Shown here in pieces: positions 38,952-47,677 of a stretch of DNA of 64,000 nt. The translations under genes were made by a program, and so were the position numbers. A model generated the notes under the pieces. It was not told the DNA's origin. It did no database searches and worked only from the letters and a program-made list of their open reading frames with translations. Numbering within the stretch: the stretch's first letter is position 1; each line of letters begins with the position of its first letter. Origin of the DNA: Planctomycetota bacterium (GTDB taxonomy: Bacteria > Planctomycetota > B15-G4 > JADJEK01); assembly GCA_044225365.1 (NCBI GenBank), contig JBGAIQ010000009.1, positions 96,462 to 160,461 on the forward strand, written 5' to 3'.

Positions 38952-40907
38952 TCAGTGCGGGTGGGAGACCTGGGAATCGTCGCTCGGACCGCGCGCCAGC
39001 TTCTCGAGCCGCAGGCGATAGGTACGAAGGATCTGCTCGCGTGACAGCAGCCCAATCAATTTCCAGCGATCGCCATCGGGAACCACGATCGGTACCTCGT
39101 CGCACTCCTCCTCGGAGAGCTTCTGGAGGGCCGTGAGCAGCGGGTCGTCCGGGCGGACGATCGGGTAGGCATCGCTCATCATCTCCGAGACCAGGACGAG
39201 TCGGTGGACGCTGGTGTCGAGCAAGAGGTCGCGAACGTCCTCGATCGTGACGATGCCGAGCACGAATCCGGCTTCGTCGAGCACCGGAAAGCACTGCTGC
39301 CGCGTCCGTCGCAGCATCTGGACCATGTCGGCGATCGTCTGACCCGGCTTCAGTGTCGCAACCTTCGAATGTTGAGCCGTGGCGTTCTCGACGGTGAGTG
39401 GCGCGAGCACGTCGACGCTGTACGAACCGAGGTGTGCCGGCGACTCGAAGCGCGATCCAACCTGGGCCGTGTAGACCGACGCGCGACCGGTGAACACGTA
39501 GGCGAGCGCGCAGACCAGCACGAGCGGCAGGAGCAGTCCGTACGAGCCGGTGATCTCGCACACCATGACGAGTCCCGCGATCGGCACCTTGGTGATACCG
39601 GCGAACACACCGCTCATGCCGACCAGGACGTAGGCCCCCGGATCGGTGACGACGTCGGGGAACAGGAGATGCGCGAGCTGTCCGTAGCCCGCACCCACCA
39701 TCGCGCCGATGTAGAACGCAGGGCCGAACACGCCTTCACCCCCGCGCGTCGCGAAGGTGATGCCCGTCGCGAGCGATTTGGCGAGCGCGAGTCCGAGCAG
39801 GAAGAGCACGCCGCGCATTCCGGGGCCCGCGAGGCTGCCATCGATCGCTTGCTGCACCCAGCCGTAGCCGGTGCCCCACACCTCTGGAACCGCGAGAACG
39901 AGCACGCCGAGGAGGAGCCCGCCGATCGCCGGCCGAGCGAACGACGGCAGCGTGAAGCGCGCGAAGATCTTGTCGAAGACGCCCACGCGCAGCGTTTTCA
40001 GCGCCATGACGTAGACGATGCCGGCGAGCGCGCAAACGAGTCCGAAGACAGCGTAGATCGGCAGCTCGAGCGGCGACATCAGTTTGAACGCCGTCGCATG
40101 GAAGACCGGTGTCCAGCCGTAGACACAACCGAAGGTCGCGTACGCCGAGAGCGACCCGATGATCGCGGGTACGAACGCCGTGTACTCGAACTCCGGATTG
40201 CGATACGGCGACTCGATGGCGAAGATCGCGCCCGAGAGCGGTGCGCGGAAGATCGCCGCGAACCCGGCCGCCGCGCCGACGAGTAGCGAGATCCGCCGAT
40301 CCGCAGAGCGCAGCTTGAACGTATCGGCGATCTTCGAACCGATCGCCGCTCCGAGTCCGACCGCCGGCCCTTCGCGACCGACCGACCCACCGGAGCCGAT
40401 GACGACGAGCGAACTGAGCGCTCGCAGGACTGGATCCTTCAATCCGAATTTCCCGCGTCGCTGATGGAACGCATCGAGCACGCCGTCGGTTCCGCCGCGG
40501 GTGGGATCGGGCCGTGCGATCGTGAAGAGCAGGCCCGCGAGGAGTCCACCGAGGCCGGGCACCAGGACGAGCATCCAGCGAATCGGTTCCGCGACCGCGC
40601 TGCCCGTGGGCTCGGGCGGATCGCCGCCGGGCACCGGCGGATGGAACGACGCGAGGCGATGCGTGAAGAACGCGACCGCGAGCCGCAGCGCCTCGAAGAA
40701 CACGATCGACACCGCGCCCGCGAGGACACCGATCAGCACCGCGAGGAAGAACCACTTCGCCGCGTGGCGGATGTCGGGCAGCGACGTGAACGAGGCCGGA
40801 CGCGACGCGTCCCGGCCGACAGGATGGAACGGCGCGATACGAGTCGTCGCGCTCGCCGCCGGATCGGGCCGTTTCAGATCAGATTGAATCTCTTGCGTAG
40901 GATCCAC
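38952..40907 (-). CDS. ClC-family chloride channel/antiporter with C-terminal CBS pair
   Basis: Motifs are GSGGSVGREGP and GFAAIFRAPLSGAIFAIE, with about 10 hydrophobic helices. The C-terminal CBS region includes TIADMVQML...CFPVLDE and MMSDAYPIVRP...VPIVV. The start is uncertain. The only in-frame ATG/GTG/TTG before the first helix and near the upstream stop is GTG at 40907, giving a 34-nt overlap. Confidence 0.85.
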   Translation of the reverse strand: MDPTQEIQSDLKRPDPAASATTRIAPFHPVGRDASRPASFTSLPDIRHAAKWFFLAVLIGVLAGAVSIVFFEALRLAVAFFTHRLASFHPPVPGGDPPEPTGSAVAEPIRWMLVLVPGLGGLLAGLLFTIARPDPTRGGTDGVLDAFHQRRGKFGLKDPVLRALSSLVVIGSGGSVGREGPAVGLGAAIGSKIADTFKLRSADRRISLLVGAAAGFAAIFRAPLSGAIFAIESPYRNPEFEYTAFVPAIIGSLSAYATFGCVYGWTPVFHATAFKLMSPLELPIYAVFGLVCALAGIVYVMALKTLRVGVFDKIFARFTLPSFARPAIGGLLLGVLVLAVPEVWGTGYGWVQQAIDGSLAGPGMRGVLFLLGLALAKSLATGITFATRGGEGVFGPAFYIGAMVGAGYGQLAHLLFPDVVTDPGAYVLVGMSGVFAGITKVPIAGLVMVCEITGSYGLLLPLVLVCALAYVFTGRASVYTAQVGSRFESPAHLGSYSVDVLAPLTVENATAQHSKVATLKPGQTIADMVQMLRRTRQQCFPVLDEAGFVLGIVTIEDVRDLLLDTSVHRLVLVSEMMSDAYPIVRPDDPLLTALQKLSEEECDEVPIVVPDGDRWKLIGLLSREQILRTYRLRLEKLARGPSDDSQVSHPH

Positions 40908-43333
40908 TCGGCGGAGAGAAGGGCGAGGAACAGGAGCAACGTGCTCCAAGACGACCACAGTTCGCGGCGCCGTGGCTCGCCGGTCAAGCGCTCGCGCACG
41001 TCGCCTTCGATCGTCGCGAGTGCGTCCTTGATCTCGTGGACCCCAAAGTAGCGTCCGCGAGTCGCCGCTGCGACCTGTTCGAGTGCATCTCGCGCAAGTA
41101 CCGGATTCTCCCACTCGCGCTTCGGCACTTCGACGGTGAACGACTTCGGCGACAGATGTCCCGCGTCGCGACCGGCGGCATCCTCGAGCCATGCCTGGTA
41201 CGAACCCGGGAGCGCAAGTCGGATCGTACCCTGGAAACGACCCTCGGCGGGATCGACGTTCGTGAGTTCGAGTTGCGTGACCACACCTCGCGGATCGGCC
41301 AGGTGCGCGACGTACTTCGCGTCCGTGAGCGGACCGAAGTCGACGTTGCGGATGCGCGCGTTCAATCGGATCGGCTCATGGATGTCGTAGACCGACTTGT
41401 CGGTCGTGAGCTCGAAGCGCTTGTTGGTGCGGCGCAACTTGTTGAGCGCCACATAGCGAACGACGGCTCGCCAGAACCGTTCCGGATACCGGTTCCCGTA
41501 GTACTTGCGCCACAGCCACGTCGAGTCGAACCCGACGAACATCGTGCGCCCCGCCGGATAGAACGACGAAGCGAGCAGGACGTGCTTGCCGAAGGAGTTG
41601 CCGTTCTCCGGATGCCGGAGCATGACCTCGGCGCCGCCCTTCGCCTTGCGCGCCGCGAAGTACCACTCCTGCGGGGGAAGGCCGACAGCCGGGTCCTCCC
41701 ACAACTTGCGGTTCATCGCGAGATCCTTCTCGAGCCGCACCGGCTCCGGCGGATCGAGCGGGTTCTCGAGCATCGGGCGAAACGGCTTCTTCGCCGAATC
41801 GAGGCGCGCCCGCTGGTCCTCGGCGTCGTTACCGACGACGACCGGAAGGAGATCCTCGAGCGGCGTTCCGATGTAGGAGACGGGATCGTCGAGTTCGCCC
41901 GCGAGGAAAACCAAGCCGCCGCCGAGTTCGACGAACTGGCGGAGGTTCTTCAAGGCGTCGTCCGCCGCCTGCGTCGACGTCGGCACGATGAGGTACGGGT
42001 TCACGTCGCCCAGGATCACCACGTCGTACGTGAGCAGCGCTTCCTTGGTCGGGGGGAACGCCGTGAGCGCGGGGACGTTGTCGGACGACTCCTGGATGAA
42101 GTCCTTGTCCGCGTCGAGCAACAGGCACTGCACCTTGAAGTTCTTCGAGCGCAGCAGGATGTTCATCAGGAAACGGTATTCCCAGCGAGCGTAGCCCTCG
42201 ACGTAGAGGACCTTCACCTGCTCGGGATCGACGCGGAGATGGTGGTTGCGGACGTTGTCGTCCTGGAACTGCTCGCCCTGGAGCGGCGCCACCTGGATCT
42301 CGAGATCGAACTCCCCTTCGCGTTCCGGGCGCCAGTAGAGGGTCTCGAGTTGCTCGCGCCCGCTCTGCTGCGCGAGCGTGATCTCCTTGCTCGACAGGAC
42401 TTCGCCGCTCTCGCGCGACTTCAGCACGAGGCTCGTCGTGCGGCCTTCGTAGCCCTTGCTCGAGATCGTGACGTCGAACGCGACGTCGTCGTTCACGAGC
42501 GCGACGTCGGGTGCGCGCACGGCCTGGATCGCGATGTTGCGCGGTTCGTTCGGGTCGCCCACGCCGATGCAGTGGACTCGCACGCCGTCGAGCGACGCCT
42601 GACTCGCGGCTTGCGCGAGATCGAGCCCAGCGTTCGATCGTCCGTCGGAGATGACGATCATCTCTTGCACGCGATCGCCACGATTCTCGATGTCGGTCAA
42701 CGCATCGGCGATCGCCGACCCGAGCCGCGTGGAGTTGGACGATGCCGACCAATCGTCGAGCGAATCGAGGCTGCGCAATTCGTCGCCGAACGCCATGAGC
42801 CGCACGTCGTTCTTGACCTTCAAGGCGTCGAGCAGCGTGGACTGATTCTTCAGGATCGCCTTCACCAGATCGACACGCGGCGTCGTCGCGAGCGCGTCCT
42901 TCGAAGGCAGCTTGGCGAGGTCGGTGAGGGCGTCCGCGGCGTCCTTGTCGTTGTACGAGTCGGCCCGTGTCATCGATGCGCTCGCGTCGAACAGGATCGG
43001 CAAGACCGATTTCTCGATCTCGACCTGCTGCGTCTCGAGCACCGGACGGAATAGAACGACGAACAGAACCGCGAACGCGAGCGCGCGCAGACCGGCGAGC
43101 AGACCGCGCTGGCGCGCAGTCAGTGGCGCGCGTTCCTTTCGGTAGGCGTACACCGAGGCCGCGATCACTCCCGGGACGATCAACAGCGCGATGATCCAGC
43201 CGGCGGGCGCCTCGAGGAACTTGAAGGTCGTGATGTCGTGCGAAACGTTCGGCAACACGGAGTTCGGTGCGTTGGAAGACGTACCCTGCGGAATCGCAGC
43301 GAGCCAGAGTGCGACCAGGCGATCCTGAATCAC
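40874..43333 (-). CDS. membrane-anchored VWA-domain protein with C-terminal GATase1-like (DUF1355-like) region
   Basis: GTG at 43333 overlaps the upstream stop (GTGA). It has a TM segment GWIIALLIVPGVIAASVYAY and the MIDAS-type motif ILFDASASM. Later come VKVLYVEGYARWEYRF and YDVVILGDV. Confidence 0.7.
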   Translation of the reverse strand: MIQDRLVALWLAAIPQGTSSNAPNSVLPNVSHDITTFKFLEAPAGWIIALLIVPGVIAASVYAYRKERAPLTARQRGLLAGLRALAFAVLFVVLFRPVLETQQVEIEKSVLPILFDASASMTRADSYNDKDAADALTDLAKLPSKDALATTPRVDLVKAILKNQSTLLDALKVKNDVRLMAFGDELRSLDSLDDWSASSNSTRLGSAIADALTDIENRGDRVQEMIVISDGRSNAGLDLAQAASQASLDGVRVHCIGVGDPNEPRNIAIQAVRAPDVALVNDDVAFDVTISSKGYEGRTTSLVLKSRESGEVLSSKEITLAQQSGREQLETLYWRPEREGEFDLEIQVAPLQGEQFQDDNVRNHHLRVDPEQVKVLYVEGYARWEYRFLMNILLRSKNFKVQCLLLDADKDFIQESSDNVPALTAFPPTKEALLTYDVVILGDVNPYLIVPTSTQAADDALKNLRQFVELGGGLVFLAGELDDPVSYIGTPLEDLLPVVVGNDAEDQRARLDSAKKPFRPMLENPLDPPEPVRLEKDLAMNRKLWEDPAVGLPPQEWYFAARKAKGGAEVMLRHPENGNSFGKHVLLASSFYPAGRTMFVGFDSTWLWRKYYGNRYPERFWRAVVRYVALNKLRRTNKRFELTTDKSVYDIHEPIRLNARIRNVDFGPLTDAKYVAHLADPRGVVTQLELTNVDPAEGRFQGTIRLALPGSYQAWLEDAAGRDAGHLSPKSFTVEVPKREWENPVLARDALEQVAAATRGRYFGVHEIKDALATIEGDVRERLTGEPRRRELWSSWSTLLLFLALLSAEWILRKRFNLI

Positions 43334-45648
43334 GGGCGGCCTCCGAGCGAGCGACGACCGAACCAGGCGGCGAGCGCCATCTCCGCGGCGAGCAGAGCGA
43401 TGATCACGTAGAGCATCGGCTTCCACAGCTCACCCTCGTGCGACGCGACCGATTCCTGCTTCTTCACTTCGATGCGATCGAGGATCGTCAGCGGGACGTT
43501 CGGGTAGATCGAAGCGAGAGACTTCGCATCGATGCGTTCGGGGTCGCTCTCGACGGGATCGAGATTCACGGCGTACGGAATGGTCTTCTTCTCGCCCGCG
43601 CTCGATGCAGCCGCGAGCGGGAACTCGAGGTCGAGGGAGTAGATGCCGGGCTCGTACGTCCGACTGAAGACGGGCAGGACGAATCGGCCGTGTTCCTTCT
43701 CGTCGAAGTTGGCCTCGAGCGCCACGCGCTCGTTGTTCGGTAGGACGATCGCGATCGACGAGGGGATCGCGCGCTCGGTGCGGCGCAAGCGATCGGAGAT
43801 GCCGATGTTGAATTGATCGAGGTCCGGCATCGTGAGGAACGCCGCGATCTCGTGGATCAGCGAAAGGTATCCCATCACGTTGTCGCCGTCGGCGAAGGAC
43901 GCCCAGCTCGAATCGATGCTCGTGCCGAAGAGGACGACGCGACCGTGCCCCGCGGGCTTCTCGAGGATGAGCGGGCTCGGCGATGCCGCGTCATCGTCGA
44001 GCGAGAGGACCGTGGCCGTCGCCGCATCCTTGTTCCCGACCACCACGCGAACGTAGCGCATCACGGGGATGCGGAGCTCCGAAGTGAGTCGCGGATCGCG
44101 GAACAGTTCGAGCAAAGGGTGCGAGAGGTCCTCGACTCGCGGGAGCACCGCGCGCGACTTGTCGGCAGCGGCGTCCCCTCGGAATTCGACGAGGCGGGCG
44201 GGCAATAGACCGGTCCCGTCCTCCCGATACAGGCGTTCGTTCCAGGCCCGCAGATCGAGATCGTCGCCGGCGAAGATCAGGAGGCCGGCACCATTGCGCA
44301 CCGTATCCTCGAGTTCGCGCGCGATCTTCTCGTCGATCCTTCCGACGTCCGCGAGCACGATCATGTCGTAGTCGGAGAGCGTCTCGGCCCCGAGATTGAA
44401 TCGCCGATCGTCCATCGTCTTCACGAGGTACGGCGAGAGGCTCGGCTGGTCGTCGACGCCCGGATTCAGCATCGCGGCGAACTCGGAGGTCGATCGCAGG
44501 TCGTCGCCCTTGTCGTACTGGCCGTCGACGACGAGGACGTTCACGCGATCGCGAACCGGGAACGCGAGGAAGCGGCGGTCGTCCCCGGGAATCTCGTCCT
44601 CAGCGATCTCGAACTCGACGCTCGCGAACCCCTCGTCCTTCATGCTCGCCGCGAACTCGACGCTCGCCGTTCCGTGCGCGGGGACGTCGAACGCCACGGT
44701 CCGCGCCTGCTCGCGCCGTCCATTCAGGACGAACGACCCTCGCACGCCGTGCTCCGCCGTCGCGCCCTGGTTCTTCACCGTCGCGGTGAACGAGACGACG
44801 TTGTCCTTCACCACGTTCTTCGGCGAGGAAACGAGATCCTCCACCGTCAAGTTGTGGGACGGCTCGGAGTCGCCGACGTCGACGATGACGAACGAGGCAT
44901 CTCGCGACGTCGCGCGACGAAGCGCTGCGGCGGGCAGCGCTTCGTTTCGACCCTCGTGCGTCGGCGGTGACGCCGGTTCCTTGCCCTTGCCGAGGTCAGC
45001 GGTGCTCGGATCGTCGGGATCGAAAGTCAGTCGCTGGAGATCGCTGAAGAGGAAGACCTCGTGATGCGAAGTCGCGGGAGCGAGCACGAGTTCGTCGACC
45101 AGTTCGACTCCGCGAACGAGATCGCAACCGCGCCACTCCGGCTTCAACCGCGAGATCGCGTCGCGCACGAGATCGAGGCGGGTGGACTCCTGGACGAGGA
45201 TCTGCGGAGCCGCGGAGAGCGAGACGAGGGTGACGCGATCGCCACGCTCGGCGGACAATTGATCGATGAGCTGCCGCGCCTGCTCCTTCGCGCGATCGAG
45301 CGCGCTGTCGCCGCCCCGGGTCGTCCGCGTCATCGAGTACGAAGTGTCGATCATCACGACGAGATTGCGCTGCGAATTCGTGAGCATCGACAGCGGATTC
45401 GACAGCGGCACGAACGGCCGCGCGAGCGCGAGCGCGAGCAGCACGATCAACGCGCAGCGCACGAGCAGGAGCAGGAGTGACTCGAGCGTGAGGCGACGAC
45501 GCGTCTTGCGATAGGCCTCGAGCAGGAACTCCTGCGCCGCCCACTTCACGGGCGTGAATCGCCGCCGATTCAGCAGATGGATGATCAGCGGCACCGCGAA
45601 GAGGAGCGCTCCGGCGGCGAGCGCTGGGCTCGCGAAGGAGAAGTTCAT
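43330..45648 (-). CDS. BatA-type N-terminal double-TM domain + VWA protein
   Basis: MNFSFASPALAAGALLFAVPLIIHLLNRRRF...WAAQEFLLEA is the aerotolerance-regulator N-terminal motif. It also has the MIDAS motif VVMIDTSYSMT. An ATGA overlap links it to DUF58. Confidence 0.75.
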   Translation of the reverse strand: MNFSFASPALAAGALLFAVPLIIHLLNRRRFTPVKWAAQEFLLEAYRKTRRRLTLESLLLLLVRCALIVLLALALARPFVPLSNPLSMLTNSQRNLVVMIDTSYSMTRTTRGGDSALDRAKEQARQLIDQLSAERGDRVTLVSLSAAPQILVQESTRLDLVRDAISRLKPEWRGCDLVRGVELVDELVLAPATSHHEVFLFSDLQRLTFDPDDPSTADLGKGKEPASPPTHEGRNEALPAAALRRATSRDASFVIVDVGDSEPSHNLTVEDLVSSPKNVVKDNVVSFTATVKNQGATAEHGVRGSFVLNGRREQARTVAFDVPAHGTASVEFAASMKDEGFASVEFEIAEDEIPGDDRRFLAFPVRDRVNVLVVDGQYDKGDDLRSTSEFAAMLNPGVDDQPSLSPYLVKTMDDRRFNLGAETLSDYDMIVLADVGRIDEKIARELEDTVRNGAGLLIFAGDDLDLRAWNERLYREDGTGLLPARLVEFRGDAAADKSRAVLPRVEDLSHPLLELFRDPRLTSELRIPVMRYVRVVVGNKDAATATVLSLDDDAASPSPLILEKPAGHGRVVLFGTSIDSSWASFADGDNVMGYLSLIHEIAAFLTMPDLDQFNIGISDRLRRTERAIPSSIAIVLPNNERVALEANFDEKEHGRFVLPVFSRTYEPGIYSLDLEFPLAAASSAGEKKTIPYAVNLDPVESDPERIDAKSLASIYPNVPLTILDRIEVKKQESVASHEGELWKPMLYVIIALLAAEMALAAWFGRRSLGGRP

Positions 45649-46562
45649 CGCCGCGAACCTCGCCGTTCGCGCAGCGCGAGGTACGAAGTGAGTGCGACGT
45701 CGAGCGGCGTGTCGGTGAGGAGCACGCGGAAGTCGACTCCGTTGTTGAGACAGCCCTTCTTCAACTTGGCCTGATGCGCGTTGAAGACCTCAAGGTACGC
45801 GGCGCGCAGGGCCTGAGGATCGGCGATCAGGTCGCCCATCCCCTCGAGGCCCTCGAACTTCATCATGCGGTCGAACGCGAAGTCGACTTCGTCACGATCG
45901 AGCACCTGGAAGACCATGACGTCTTGCCGCTTGGTCTTGAGGGCGCGGATCCCCGCGAGCACTTTCTCGGGCGGCGCGAAGAAGTCCGAGATGACGGCGA
46001 CGATCGATCGCGGCGGGAGTCGCGTAGCGAGTTCACGCAGTGCGAGCCCAGGGTCGGTCTTCTTCACGAGCTTCACGCGCTCGATCGCGTCCGTGATCTT
46101 GAGCAGGTGCGAGGGCCGCGTCGCCGCGGGAACCCATTTGTCGACGTCCTCGCTCGTGAGCGCGAGCGCGGCGGCATCGCGGTGATCGAGGACGAGGAAC
46201 GACAAGGTCGCCGCGACGAATGCGCCGTAACGGAACTTGCTGACCCGATCGACGCCCGCGTAGCTCATGGACTCCGAGCAGTCGAGGACGATCGACAGCG
46301 TGAGGTTCGTCTCTTCCTCGTAGCGCTTGATGTAGTAGCGATCGGATCGTCCGAAGATCCGCCAGTCGAGATGGCGCAGGTCGTCGCCGGGCACGTATTC
46401 GCGATGCTCCGCGAACTCGACGGAGGCCCCGCGATGCGGGCTCTTGTGCATCCCGGCCATGAATCCTTCGACGGCCTGGCGCGCCTTCAGTTCGAGGCGC
46501 CCCAGCTTGTCGAGGACCTTAGGATCCAACCACTGGCGGTAGTCGTGTGTCGCTGAGGACAT
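45645..46562 (-). CDS. DUF58 family protein
   Basis: HRGASVEFAEHREYVPGDDLRHLDWRIFGRSDRYYIKRYEEETN is the DUF58 signature. It also has LDCSESM. Confidence 0.85.
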   Translation of the reverse strand: MSSATHDYRQWLDPKVLDKLGRLELKARQAVEGFMAGMHKSPHRGASVEFAEHREYVPGDDLRHLDWRIFGRSDRYYIKRYEEETNLTLSIVLDCSESMSYAGVDRVSKFRYGAFVAATLSFLVLDHRDAAALALTSEDVDKWVPAATRPSHLLKITDAIERVKLVKKTDPGLALRELATRLPPRSIVAVISDFFAPPEKVLAGIRALKTKRQDVMVFQVLDRDEVDFAFDRMMKFEGLEGMGDLIADPQALRAAYLEVFNAHQAKLKKGCLNNGVDFRVLLTDTPLDVALTSYLALRERRGSRR

Positions 46563-47562
46563 CGGATTCAGCGCGCGGAACGCTTTCGAGGATGCGCTTC
46601 ACGAGGTCGTCGGACGTGATGCCCTCCGCCTCAGCGCTGAAATTGGGAAGGATGCGATGGCGCAGCACGGGCTGCGCGACGGACCGAACATCGTCGCCGA
46701 GGACGTTCGCATGTCCCTTGAGGAGGGCGCGCGCCTTGGCAGCGAGGACGAGGAATTGCGATGCGCGCGGACCAGCGCCCCATGCCACCGACTCCCGGAT
46801 GAAGCCGGGCGAATCGGGTTGGGTCGGGCGCGAGACGCGCGCGAGGCTCATGGCGTAGCGGATCATCGAGTCGTGGATCGGGACCCGTCGCACGAGTTGC
46901 TGCAGCTTCAGGATCTCCTCGGCGGAGAGAACGGGGAGCGGCTCGGCGGATTCGCGCGCCGTCGTCCGACGAACGATCTCGAGTTCCTCGACATCGCTCG
47001 GATAGTCGATCCGGATGTTGAACATGAAGCGATCGAGCTGCGCTTCGGGCAGGGGATAGGTGCCTTCCTGTTCGATGGGGTTCTGCGTCGCGAGGACGAA
47101 GAACGGCTGACCGAGCGAGTGCTTCTTGCCCGCCACGGTGACCTGGTACTCCTGCATCGCCTCGAGCAACGCCGCCTGGGTCTTCGGGGGCGTACGGTTG
47201 ATCTCGTCGGCGAGGATCACGTTGGCGAACAGAGGCCCGGGGATGAATCGCATCTCGCGCTCGCCTGTGCTCTTGTTCTCCTGGATGACCTCCGTGCCCG
47301 TGATGTCCGACGGCATGAGGTCCGGCGTGAACTGAACGCGGTTGAAGGAGAGAGACAGGGTCCGCGCGAGGGTCGAGATGAGCAACGTCTTCGCGAGACC
47401 GGGGACTCCCGTCAGGATGCAGTGGCCGCGCGCGAAGAGCGCGATCAGGAGCTGATCGACGACTTCGTCCTGCCCGACGATGACCTTCTGGATCTCGGTC
47501 TTCAGGCTCGTGTACGCCGCGCGGATCTGCTCCACCGCGGCGAGGTCTTGCGACTCGGTCAT
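46519..47562 (-). CDS. MoxR-family AAA+ ATPase
   Basis: Start MTESQDLAAVEQIR at 47562 (CAT at 47560-47562). Motifs are VIVGQDEVVDQLLIALF, GVPGLAKT (Walker A), ILADEINRTPPKTQAALLEAMQE and ATQNPIEQEGTYPLPEAQLDRF. Confidence 0.9.
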   Translation of the reverse strand: MTESQDLAAVEQIRAAYTSLKTEIQKVIVGQDEVVDQLLIALFARGHCILTGVPGLAKTLLISTLARTLSLSFNRVQFTPDLMPSDITGTEVIQENKSTGEREMRFIPGPLFANVILADEINRTPPKTQAALLEAMQEYQVTVAGKKHSLGQPFFVLATQNPIEQEGTYPLPEAQLDRFMFNIRIDYPSDVEELEIVRRTTARESAEPLPVLSAEEILKLQQLVRRVPIHDSMIRYAMSLARVSRPTQPDSPGFIRESVAWGAGPRASQFLVLAAKARALLKGHANVLGDDVRSVAQPVLRHRILPNFSAEAEGITSDDLVKRILESVPRAESDVLSDTRLPPVVGS

Positions 47563-47677
47563 TGCGAAACTCCAGGTACGGCCGTGATTCCGCGGGACGT
47601 GAGGCCCCGCAGATCCAACCATCTAGGATACGATCGGCAAACGAGAGGCGAGAGACGAAATCGTTCGTGAGATCTCG

